DNA of 36,095 nt from Maribacter sp. (GTDB lineage Bacteria > Bacteroidota > Bacteroidia > Flavobacteriales > Flavobacteriaceae), in assembly GCA_003232155.1 (NCBI GenBank), contig QILY01000118.1, positions 1 to 36,095 of the forward strand, written 5' to 3'. Below the pieces are notes generated by a model. The model ran no database searches and was not told the origin of the DNA. It worked only from the letters and a program-made list of their open reading frames with translations. Shown piece after piece: positions 19,816-28,408 of the stretch. The stretch's first letter is position 1; every line of letters starts with the position of its first letter. A program made the translations under genes and the position numbers.

Positions 19816-20247
19816 ATGAAAAAGAAAAAGCAAGAAAAATATGATAGGGCCTATTTGCGAATGGCGCAAGAGTGGGGTAAACTTTCATTTTGCGAACGCA
19901 AACAAGTAGGTGCTATAATTGTAAAAGACCGAATGATTATTTCTGACGGATACAATGGTACACCAACCGGTTTTGAAAATCAATGCGAAGATGAAAAAGG
20001 TGATACCAAATGGTATGTTCTACATGCTGAGGCGAATGCCATATTAAAAGTTGCGTCGTCAACCCAATCATGTGATGGGGCTACCTTGTATATTACATTA
20101 TCACCTTGTAGAGAGTGTAGTAAATTGATTCATCAATCTGGCATAAAACGTGTAGTGTACCAAGTTGCCTATAAAGATGATTCCGGATTGAAATTTCTTG
20201 CCAAAGCTGGCGTAACATTGGAATATTTGCCCGTTAATGAATGTTAA
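19816..20247 (+). CDS. dCMP deaminase family protein
   Basis: GYNGTP, LHAEANAI, SPCRECSK zinc motifs. Confidence 0.93.
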   Translation: MKKKKQEKYDRAYLRMAQEWGKLSFCERKQVGAIIVKDRMIISDGYNGTPTGFENQCEDEKGDTKWYVLHAEANAILKVASSTQSCDGATLYITLSPCRECSKLIHQSGIKRVVYQVAYKDDSGLKFLAKAGVTLEYLPVNEC

Positions 20248-20269
20248 TGCTCAATAAGCAACAGAAAAC

Positions 20270-21895
20270 ATGCAGAAGAAGAAAAACTACTTATGGCCCA
20301 CAATATTAGCCGCTACATTGGCTATAGGTGTTTTTATTGGAGGCAAGCTTAATTTTAATGATTCGCCCGAAAAATTTTTCACCACCAATTCCAAAAAAGA
20401 CAAGCTTAATCGATTAATCGATTATATTGATTATGAGTATGTTGATGAAATCAATACCGATAGTATTGTTGATGTAGCGGTAAACAATATTTTAGATAAG
20501 CTCGACCCACATTCCGTTTACATTCCAAAAAAAGAAATGACTGCGGTTTCTGAAAATATGAAGGGAGATTTTGTGGGCATTGGCATTATTTTTTTTAAAT
20601 ATAGAGATACGATTTCAGTTATACGTACTATTGACGGAGGCCCAAGTTTTTATATAGGAATCAAGCCAGGAGATCGTATTTTGATGGCCAATAATGATAC
20701 ATTATATGGCAAAAACCTTTCTAGTGATTTTATTATAGAGAACCTGAAAGGTAAAAAAGGCTCTGTTGTAAAACTCACAGTGTATCGTAAAGAAGAGAAT
20801 AGGACCTTCACAGTAAATGTAAAACGGGGTACAATTCCTCTTAAAAGTGTTGAAGCTTATTATATGCTTACTGATGATATTGGTTATATTAAAGTCAACC
20901 GTTTTGCAGAATCTACTTTCAAAGAATTTAAGACTGCCCTTAAAAATCTTCAATCTCAAGGAGCAAAAAAACTTACGTTGGATTTAAGGGATAACCCTGG
21001 CGGATATTTAGGTATCGCCGAAGAAATGGTCGACGAATTTCTCAAAGATGGAAAATTAATCCTCTTCACCAAAAACAAAAAAGGGAAGGTCAATAAAATA
21101 TATGCTACCGATAAAGGTGATTTTGAAGATAAACCTGTGTATGTGCTTATTAATGAGCGCTCTGCATCGGCCAGTGAAATTATAGCAGGTGCTCTTCAAG
21201 ATAATGATGTAGGCACTATTATAGGACGACGTTCTTTTGGTAAAGGACTTGTGCAACGTGAAATGGAACTCGGTGATGGTTCAGCAGTACGCTTGACCGT
21301 TTCAAGATATTATACCCCAACAGGCCGGAGCATTCAAAAAAGCTATAAAAAAGGCAATAAAGATTATTACCATAGGTTTATGGATAGGTACCATAATGGT
21401 GAATTGACCTCGGTTGATAGTATCAAAGTTGCAGATTCTTTAAAGTTTAAAACCCCAAAAGGCAAGATAGTTTACGGCGGCGGCGGAATTATTCCTGATG
21501 TATTTGTATCTATAGGATCAAATCAAGAAGAGGCTGTTGAAAGTATGGATAGTACTGGATTTATTTCTTATTTTGTTTTTGAACACTTAGATAGAGATAG
21601 GCAGCGTTATAATCATTTGTCTCAAGAAGAATTTATAAATGATTTTAGAGTAGATGATGTTCTCTTTGAGAAGTTTGTAGATTATTCATTGAAAAGCCGT
21701 CACAAATTGCGATTTTATGATTTTGAAGATACTATCAAACAATACATAAAAGCAGCTTTGGCCGAACAGTTATTTGACCCAAACATTTATGCCAAAATAA
21801 AAAGCCAAGAAGATGCTATGCTTAAAAAGGTTATAGAGTTAGATAATCCTATGGTAAAACAGGATGAGGCTGAAGCTATTGAGACGAACAATTAA
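20270..21895 (+). CDS. S41-family C-terminal processing peptidase with PDZ domain
   Basis: LDPHS, LDLRDNPGG, SASASEIIAG, SFGKGLVQ, YYTPTGRSIQ. Confidence 0.93.
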   Translation: MQKKKNYLWPTILAATLAIGVFIGGKLNFNDSPEKFFTTNSKKDKLNRLIDYIDYEYVDEINTDSIVDVAVNNILDKLDPHSVYIPKKEMTAVSENMKGDFVGIGIIFFKYRDTISVIRTIDGGPSFYIGIKPGDRILMANNDTLYGKNLSSDFIIENLKGKKGSVVKLTVYRKEENRTFTVNVKRGTIPLKSVEAYYMLTDDIGYIKVNRFAESTFKEFKTALKNLQSQGAKKLTLDLRDNPGGYLGIAEEMVDEFLKDGKLILFTKNKKGKVNKIYATDKGDFEDKPVYVLINERSASASEIIAGALQDNDVGTIIGRRSFGKGLVQREMELGDGSAVRLTVSRYYTPTGRSIQKSYKKGNKDYYHRFMDRYHNGELTSVDSIKVADSLKFKTPKGKIVYGGGGIIPDVFVSIGSNQEEAVESMDSTGFISYFVFEHLDRDRQRYNHLSQEEFINDFRVDDVLFEKFVDYSLKSRHKLRFYDFEDTIKQYIKAALAEQLFDPNIYAKIKSQEDAMLKKVIELDNPMVKQDEAEAIETNN

Positions 21896-22095
21896 TCTTC
21901 ATTAACCTTTTTCTGAATCTTTTTTGAGGTCATAGATATCAACAAAAGAACAATAGCACACGAAGAAGCTACAATACCAATTAGCGCAATAACACTATCG
22001 CCCTCTAATGGGTTGTTGAAATCTACCAAAGTAACGTTATAGGCTACAAGTGCTAACGCAAAAACAATAAATACTACACTAAGGGTTTTGCTCAT
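21892..22095 (-). CDS. Small two-TM hypothetical protein
   Basis: 67 aa with two hydrophobic helices and a basic tail; co-oriented behind the MarC gene; stop overlaps the S41 stop (TTAA). Confidence 0.7.
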   Translation of the reverse strand: MSKTLSVVFIVFALALVAYNVTLVDFNNPLEGDSVIALIGIVASSCAIVLLLISMTSKKIQKKVNED

Positions 22096-22128
22096 TTCTA
22101 TTTCTATTTACCAATTTGCATAACAATA

Positions 22129-22713
22129 TCAGAAAAGTTGATTGATGTTGCTAGCGAATAATTTTACTGCTATAGCTAAAAGTATTACTCCGAAAATTTT
22201 TCTAATAATACCAATACCGCTAGCGCCAAGTATCTTTTCAATACGTTTTGACAATTTCAAAACAATATATACAAAGATAATGTTTACAATAATCGCAATT
22301 ATAATATTTTCAACATGATATTCTGCCCGCAATGACAATAAAGAGGTCATGGTGCCCGCGCCCGCAATCATAGGAAATGCTAAGGGAACTATAGACGCTG
22401 TTTCAGCTACATCATCTTTGTATAGCGATATTCCTAAAATCATTTCAATGGCCAAAAAGAAAATAATGAAAGCTCCAGCTACGGCAAATGAGTTGACATC
22501 GATGCCAATTAGTTTCAAGATTTCTTCCCCAACAAAAAGAAAGGCTATCATCATAATTGCTGCAACAATCGATGCTTTTTCTGATTGAATATGCCCCACT
22601 TTATTTCGTAACCCAATAATTATAGGAATACTACCTACAATATCAATTACTGCAAAAAGAATCATGCTTGAGGTTGCAATTTCCCGAAAATCAAAATGTA
22701 GATTTGGTGACAT
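22129..22713 (-). CDS. MarC-family membrane protein
   Basis: ILFAVIDIVGSIP, SFAVAG, IVPLAFPMIAGAG, RKIFGVILLAIAV. Confidence 0.9.
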   Translation of the reverse strand: MSPNLHFDFREIATSSMILFAVIDIVGSIPIIIGLRNKVGHIQSEKASIVAAIMMIAFLFVGEEILKLIGIDVNSFAVAGAFIIFFLAIEMILGISLYKDDVAETASIVPLAFPMIAGAGTMTSLLSLRAEYHVENIIIAIIVNIIFVYIVLKLSKRIEKILGASGIGIIRKIFGVILLAIAVKLFASNINQLF

Positions 22714-22844
22714 CTTTCTTTAACTTTAAAAGTTGTTGCAAATTTACGTTTAAAGCTTTGCTTTTGGATGCCATTTAAGAAAATAAGTAGCGATAAAAAA
22801 TCCTTTTGGAGAAAACAATATCTTTGGGCACTCAAATAAATTAT

Positions 22845-23417
22845 ATGTTCCAACTTGGTAAAACTATATTGTCTGAAGAAATCATAGAAAACGATTTTGT
22901 ATGCAATCTTAGTGCTTGTAGAGGTGCCTGTTGTATCGATGGTAATGCAGGAGCACCATTAGAAGATGCTGAAACTGAAATTTTAGTTGATATTTATAGA
23001 GATGTAAAACCTTTTTTGCGTTCTGAAGGTATTGCTGCTATTGAAGACCAAGGTGCTTTTGTGAAAGGCGAAGATGGCGAGTGGGAAACTCCATTGGTAA
23101 ACGGAAGCGAATGTGCTTATGTTATTTTTTCAGAGAACGGGATTACAAAATGCGGACTTGAAGCTGCTTATAATGCCGGTGTTACAAAGTGGAAGAAACC
23201 TGTTTCATGCCATTTATATCCTATTCGGGTAAAAGAATATACTGAGCTTACCGCTGTAAATTACCATAAGTGGGAAATATGTGACCCTGCCTGTTCTCTA
23301 GGGGCCGAACTAAAAGTGCCCGTATATAAATTTGTAAAAGAAGCTTTGGTACGAAAATTTGGATCAGAATGGTATGCAGAGTTAGAACAGATTGCAGAGC
23401 AGCATTCTAAATCGTAG
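22845..23417 (+). CDS. DUF3109-family Cys-rich protein
   Basis: FVCNLSACRGACCIDG, KPVSCHLYPIR. ATG 22845 is preferred because promoter TATCTTTG lies at 22819-22826. Confidence 0.85.
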   Translation: MFQLGKTILSEEIIENDFVCNLSACRGACCIDGNAGAPLEDAETEILVDIYRDVKPFLRSEGIAAIEDQGAFVKGEDGEWETPLVNGSECAYVIFSENGITKCGLEAAYNAGVTKWKKPVSCHLYPIRVKEYTELTAVNYHKWEICDPACSLGAELKVPVYKFVKEALVRKFGSEWYAELEQIAEQHSKS

Positions 23418-25389
23418 GAATTTGTAATACTACTTTTGTACCTATAGATTTACCAACTTCATTATGTAAATCAATTATCTCTAGATGAAAAGAGTTCAAA
23501 TAATCTCTTGAAAAATTAGAAAGACGTTCTTTGGTAATAGCTATGCCTACGGACTCTCGCTTAAGCACCTTATTTTTTTTTATTTCTTCAGCGGCTATTC
23601 TTCCTATTCCATTGTCTGTTACGCTGATATATATAAAGCCGTCATCAGTGCCTTTGCCCACCTCCAATACTATATTTTTTTCTCCTTCTTTTGATGAAAG
23701 TCCATGCCATAAAGCATTTTCTAAAAAAGGCTGTAATATTAATGAAGGTATTTTTATAGTATGGGTATCTATACCTTCCTCTATATTTGTTTTGAAATTA
23801 ATTTCATTTGAAAACCTAATGTTTTCAATATTCATATACAGTTCAATGGTTTCTAGTTCTTCAGCCAACGGTATTTCTTTTAATGAAGAAGCTTCCAATA
23901 TCTTGCGCACCAATTTTGAAAATTTGTTCAGGTAGTGAACCGCATTTTTTTTCTCGTTATTTATAATATATAATTTAATTGAATTTAGCGAGTTAAACAA
24001 AAAATGGGGATTCATTTGACTACGTAGCATACTTTGTTCTAGCGTCAATAATTTTTTCTCGTTTTTAAGCTGGTACTGTCGATAAAGAATATACAGAATA
24101 CCCATTAATAGCGCCATTGCTATACCTGCTATAAGTATGGTTGTGCGGTTTCTGCGAAGTTCAAGTTTTACATTTTCGTTTTCTTCGGCCAATTGTTCCA
24201 ATTGCTCTGTCCGTTTTTCGTTTTCATAGCGCATGATCATATCGTTCACATAACGTAGGTTACGGTCGTTACTTATCTGATCGTCATAATATTTTGCTTG
24301 TCTGTAATGGTCTAGACCGCTTTTAAAATCGCCTTGTTTTACAGATAGTTCAGACAATAATTTATTGGACTCGGCCATATGGCTTAACAGTTTGTACTTT
24401 TTTGCAATTTCTAAACCATAGGTCAATTGTCTTCTAGATTCTTTATATCTTTCTAGATGCATTAGTGTCCAACCTAAATTTATACTTACTGAAGCTATAA
24501 TATCTTTATCATCTAAAAGTTTGGCCGCTTCGAGGTTGGGTACAAGAATATCGAGTGCTTCCTTTACTTTACCTTGATGTACATATATACGGGCGATACT
24601 ATAACTACATATAATCCTACCCCTGTTTGAATTTATTTGTTCATTATAGGCCAATGAAGTTCGAAAATTAAGTAGTGCTTCTTCAAGTTTCCCTTCTGCT
24701 TCATAACATTTTCCAATATTCTGGTGATTTATAGCTAGACCAAGAGGATTGTCCATTTCAAGATCCAACTTCAATGATTCTTTAAACTTATCAATGGCTT
24801 GGTCATATTGTTCAAGTATTTGATAAATATTACCAATATTGTTGAGAGACACATTAATACCTCTTTTGAGCCCTATAGAGGGGGTTTTAATCGTTTCAGC
24901 AAGTTCTAATGCTTCTTGACTATAATCTAATGAAGATTTTATAGCATCGGTCTTACGAAAAACCACACTGATCATATTTAGGGAATACACTTCAAATTCA
25001 AGATTTTTTGCTTGTTTAGAAATTCCTAAGGCTCTTCGATGAAGTGCTAAAGCTTTGGAGAACTGAGAGATATTTCGATATTTTCTCCCCAATTGGTTTA
25101 AGGCATAAGCCTGCCCATCTAAATAACCTTTGATTACCGTTGCTTCAGCAAAATAACGCATTAATAATGTGTCTTTTCTACTCGAATTCAGTACAGCATC
25201 AATTTCTTGGTATGTTTTGGGTGCTGCATTAATAAGATTGGCGGAAGTTTTTTTAAAAGACTCAGGCACATATTGTGATATTCCTTGAACACCTATGATG
25301 AGGAAGGTAGAAGTAAAGAGAAAACGCTTTAGTATGGCGTAATAATGGGCAGACATGTTATCTTTAATATGTTTGGAATGAAAATGCAT
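23407..25389 (-). CDS. TPR-sensor LytS/YehU-type histidine kinase
   Basis: TPR repeats, TM, LRSQMNPHFLFNSLNSI, LQPFLENALWHG, DNGIG; start could be 25356. Confidence 0.9.
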   Translation of the reverse strand: MHFHSKHIKDNMSAHYYAILKRFLFTSTFLIIGVQGISQYVPESFKKTSANLINAAPKTYQEIDAVLNSSRKDTLLMRYFAEATVIKGYLDGQAYALNQLGRKYRNISQFSKALALHRRALGISKQAKNLEFEVYSLNMISVVFRKTDAIKSSLDYSQEALELAETIKTPSIGLKRGINVSLNNIGNIYQILEQYDQAIDKFKESLKLDLEMDNPLGLAINHQNIGKCYEAEGKLEEALLNFRTSLAYNEQINSNRGRIICSYSIARIYVHQGKVKEALDILVPNLEAAKLLDDKDIIASVSINLGWTLMHLERYKESRRQLTYGLEIAKKYKLLSHMAESNKLLSELSVKQGDFKSGLDHYRQAKYYDDQISNDRNLRYVNDMIMRYENEKRTEQLEQLAEENENVKLELRRNRTTILIAGIAMALLMGILYILYRQYQLKNEKKLLTLEQSMLRSQMNPHFLFNSLNSIKLYIINNEKKNAVHYLNKFSKLVRKILEASSLKEIPLAEELETIELYMNIENIRFSNEINFKTNIEEGIDTHTIKIPSLILQPFLENALWHGLSSKEGEKNIVLEVGKGTDDGFIYISVTDNGIGRIAAEEIKKNKVLKRESVGIAITKERLSNFSRDYLNSFHLEIIDLHNEVGKSIGTKVVLQIPTI

Positions 25390-25397
25390 AAAGAAAT

Positions 25398-26132
25398 TTA
25401 CAACATATCAAGAAAATCTGATTTCTTTTGCCTGGAAACCGGAATTTTGTGATTAGGTTTTAGAATTACATACCCATCTGTTTTCAGAAATTCTTTTATT
25501 TTGCTGAGGTTGATGATATAAGAATTGTGTATTCTAAAAAAAGAATCTTGAGGCAAGAGCTCGTTAACCTCTTTCAATTTTTTTGTAAGTACAATTTTTT
25601 GGCCATCTACTAGGTAAATAGTGCTGTAATTGCCGTCTGATTCAGCATAAATAATTTCATCGCTTTCTAAAAACACCAATTTACCATCGGTATTAAAAGT
25701 TATTTTCTTGTGTTTGGCGTTTGAATTAAAATTCAGTAAAATTTTTTCTAAGCGTTCTGCAGTAAAGTTTTTTGTATTATATTTTTTGATTTTGACGATA
25801 GTATCCCTCAGGTCATCAGTATCAATAGGTTTTAAAAGATAATCAATGGCCTCATTTTTTAAAGCCTTAATGGCATATTGGTTGTAGGCTGTGGTAATAA
25901 CGACCGGGAAGTTTTTGTTTTTCAATTTTTGAATAAATTGAAAACCATCCATAGTAGGCATTTCGATATCTAAAAAAAGACAATCAGGTGTATTTTTTTC
26001 TAAATGACTTAAAGCTTCAAAAGGGTCTGTAAAAGAAGCTGTTACATTAATTTCTTCACTAAAATTAGTCAACTCCCAAGATAAGCTCTGAAGTGCTTTT
26101 ATTTCGTCGTCAACTATTACAGCTTCTATCAT
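25398..26132 (-). CDS. LytR/AlgR-family response regulator (REC + LytTR)
   Basis: VIVDDE, FLDIEMP, TTAY, DYLLKP, FFRIHNSYIIN, IPVSR. ATG 26132 is preferred because promoter TATTTTTG lies at 26170-26163. Confidence 0.93.
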   Translation of the reverse strand: MIEAVIVDDEIKALQSLSWELTNFSEEINVTASFTDPFEALSHLEKNTPDCLFLDIEMPTMDGFQFIQKLKNKNFPVVITTAYNQYAIKALKNEAIDYLLKPIDTDDLRDTIVKIKKYNTKNFTAERLEKILLNFNSNAKHKKITFNTDGKLVFLESDEIIYAESDGNYSTIYLVDGQKIVLTKKLKEVNELLPQDSFFRIHNSYIINLSKIKEFLKTDGYVILKPNHKIPVSRQKKSDFLDML

Positions 26133-26308
26133 AAAGATTCTCTTTGGAGAAAGAAAGTTACTCAAAAATATAAGTAAGTAACAAATTATCTTGAAAAGAT
26201 GTACCAATGGCAATAATTCAAGTATAATTGGCACAAAAAGCATTAGAAATATTTTTTACTACAAAAATATATGCTTTTTCTTATAAATATTCAAATTCAT
26301 TGACACTA

Positions 26309-26362
26309 TACCATCTATAGCGTTTATTCGATTACCATTTATACAGTTTACTATACCATTTG
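26309..26362 (+). promoter_or_regulatory. Putative LytTR binding direct repeats
   Basis: TACCATTTA (26333-26341) and TACCATTTG (26354-26362) separated by 12 bp; third copy TACCATCTA at 26309-26317. Confidence 0.55.
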
Positions 26363-26469
26363 CACAAAATGACTTTTAAGAGAATGTATTGCAGTTTAAT
26401 TTTATAGAAAATCGATTGTGATTTAGTATCCCTCGTAAACCCACATTGTTGGAACTAAAATATAGAGTC

Positions 26470-26610
26470 ATGAAAAAATGTATTATAATGTTCGTTTTTT
26501 TTGTTTTAATATTGATGCTGGCAGTTTTGGTCCAGAATTCTGATAAAGTAATTTTGGAAGACACCATGGCTATGGACGAAAGCAATGCCGAAATGGTATT
26601 GGAAAATTAA
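26470..26610 (+). CDS. 46-aa small secreted/membrane peptide
   Basis: MKKCIIMFVFFVLILMLAVLVQNSDKVILEDTMAMDESNAEMVLEN*; signal-like N-terminus and acidic tail; absent from the ORF track. Confidence 0.6.
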   Translation: MKKCIIMFVFFVLILMLAVLVQNSDKVILEDTMAMDESNAEMVLEN

Positions 26611-26659
26611 AGATTTACATAATTTAAGATTGAAGAAAACACCAAATTATTAAAAGACC

Positions 26660-27211
26660 ATGCCACACTTCACCACAAAATTTTTAAAGATTAGTACAGT
26701 ACTCTTAATATCCGTATTTCTTTTTTCTGGAATTAAAGTTGATAACAAGGGCTATTCGTCTAATGATGTCCTACTAGTTGGGGAGTATAATTTGCAGTCT
26801 ACTGGCAATTTAAATAAAAATCTTCGGGGGACTATAACATTTGAAACATCCATAGAAAAGACAAACTCAGGAACACCATTCTCAACATTAAAGTTAAAAT
26901 TGGATGACGTTACAAGTAATACCCAACATATGATGGAGTTTTTGATTTCCAAAGAGAATTCCTCAAATGAAATACCATTGGGCACTTATAAAGTGACTAA
27001 AGATATAGATGGATTTTTAAATTATTTTGATGGGGTTTTTGGTTTTGCAAATATTAAGACATTGGGAGAATTTCCGCTTTTTGCTCAAAACGGAGAAATT
27101 AAAATTAGGTATTTAGATACTAAAACAGCTCAAGGGTATATACGAATGAATTTACGTAATGCCAATGGCAAATCAATCCATTTGAAAGGTAGTTTTTTAG
27201 CAAAGAGGTAG
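26660..27211 (+). CDS. Secreted hypothetical protein, beta-rich
   Basis: 183-aa ORF with N-terminal hydrophobic segment. Confidence 0.72.
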   Translation: MPHFTTKFLKISTVLLISVFLFSGIKVDNKGYSSNDVLLVGEYNLQSTGNLNKNLRGTITFETSIEKTNSGTPFSTLKLKLDDVTSNTQHMMEFLISKENSSNEIPLGTYKVTKDIDGFLNYFDGVFGFANIKTLGEFPLFAQNGEIKIRYLDTKTAQGYIRMNLRNANGKSIHLKGSFLAKR

Positions 27212-27394
27212 AATAGAAGAGGTTGTGCTCCTAACTGTAATCTAATGGCTCAATTTATAGGGTTTTAAAGTGTAAATATGTATTTTTACATTCCTTACCC
27301 TAGTTAACTATAACGTTTTAGTTTCTGTTAGGAACAAACGGCTTTTTAATTTTAGTAATAGATTGAATGTAGTGTAATATATTATTTAAAAACC

Positions 27395-27690
27395 TTAAGA
27401 TTTTATGAAACTGCCAACCCAAAAGGTACGATCCTAGCTGGGAACATGTTAAAATAAAACATGTTACTGTTCTAGTAACTAACCCGACCAATGAAATTAC
27501 TGTATATTGGGCGTCAAACCAACTTGTTGGTTCTGGTGTTTTGTTGATTATAGGTTTCGGGGGAACTACCTGAATCAACACCTTTTGTAGTGAGTATTGA
27601 TTTTGATACATTGGAGGATCGTACGGTTTGGCGGTATCATAAACTTAACAAAACACCAGAAACAAATGTTTCTGGTGTTTTGTTTTACGT
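27395..27690 (+). ncRNA. Candidate structured ncRNA / cis-regulatory RNA of unknown family
   Basis: Long-range pairing of 27395-27435 with 27615-27648 encloses several local hairpins and is followed by a terminator; a U-G wobble favours the + strand. Confidence 0.55.
27647..27688 (+). terminator. Intrinsic terminator
   Basis: AACAAAACACCAGAAACA-AA-TGTTTCTGGTGTTTTGTT perfect inverted repeat with a T-rich 3' end. Confidence 0.75.
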
Positions 27691-27731
27691 ACTTTCTATT
27701 CAATCCTAATTTTTGAAAACCTGAAAATATA

Positions 27732-27896
27732 TAAACCCAGATTATGCATTAGAACTTCGTTTTGAGGTTCTAATACCAATTTGATTATAAAATGAGTCAT
27801 TTTATAATCTGGGTTAAATCAAAAAACTCAACGAAGTAGACTGACTTGAAGCTGTTTAGGGTCGGAATAGATTTTCTAATGCATAATTCAGGATAA
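27732..27896. mobile_element. MITE-like element with a second short repeat nested inside (27771-27816)
   Basis: Outer ends AACCCAGATTATGCATTAGAA / TTCTAATGCATAATTCAGG. Inner TAATACCAATTTGATTATAAAATGAGTCAT matches the reverse complement of 14570-14599 (1 mismatch) and 32760-32781. Confidence 0.7.
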
Positions 27897-27945
27897 ATAT
27901 CAAGTATTTTAATTGCCTGTTTTAGAATTGATAAAAACATCTATT

Positions 27946-28137
27946 GAACTCGTCTTGAGTTTATGTTTGGCACCGAGCCCGCCTGCCATGCCTACGGCAG
28001 GTAAACCGGACGGGCAGGAATTATGACTTTTGTGCCGTAATGAAGTCATTTTTTAATTGCATAGCCATAGCTATGGGATTCAAAAATGGCAAACCTAAAG
28101 GCCGGCAAGGCAGGAAACAAAAACTCAAGACGAGTTC
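27946..28137. mobile_element. MITE-like element (GAACT..AGTTC TIR family) with ATT target duplication
   Basis: Perfect TIRs GAACTCGTCTTGAGTTT / AAACTCAAGACGAGTTC; ATT at 27943-27945 and 28138-28140. Confidence 0.8.
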
Positions 28138-28408
28138 ATTTATTATAGACCAAAGAGTATGTTTTTTAAATACTTTTTGGTTTATTTTTTTTGTTCAACT
28201 TCAATGTTAATTTTATGTAAAACTTAATTCTTCGGTAATAGTAACGTATATCAGTAGTGAACCTAGATTTCAACATTCGATGTTAAAAACTTTGTGACGG
28301 AATCTTTCAAACAGCTCAAAAATATCCCTCTTATTTTTCCATCTTTGTACCCCCAACACAGGGGTAATTTTCAGCTCATTACACTAATTATTTTAAATTT
28401 GCAAGAAT

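Noticed and set aside
26133-26243. N-terminal extension of the LytTR regulator (likewise the track starts at 10393, 18290 and 22806)
   Set aside because: The extensions overlap TAnnTTT(G/A) promoter motifs, and the domains begin at the downstream starts.
26376-26585. 69-aa minus-strand ORF
   Set aside because: Shadow of the more plausible + strand 46-aa signal-peptide ORF.
27491-27547. 18-aa ORF MKLLYIGRQTNLLVLVFC inside the candidate RNA as a type I toxin
   Set aside because: The polar centre breaks any TM helix; chance-level length.
27318-27611. 97-aa minus-strand ORF
   Set aside because: Antisense to the structured element with no protein-like motifs; the hairpins and wobble direction better explain the region. 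Not fully excluded.
27395-27648. Retron msr-msd interpretation (long inverted repeats enclosing hairpins)
   Set aside because: No reverse transcriptase anywhere in the window.
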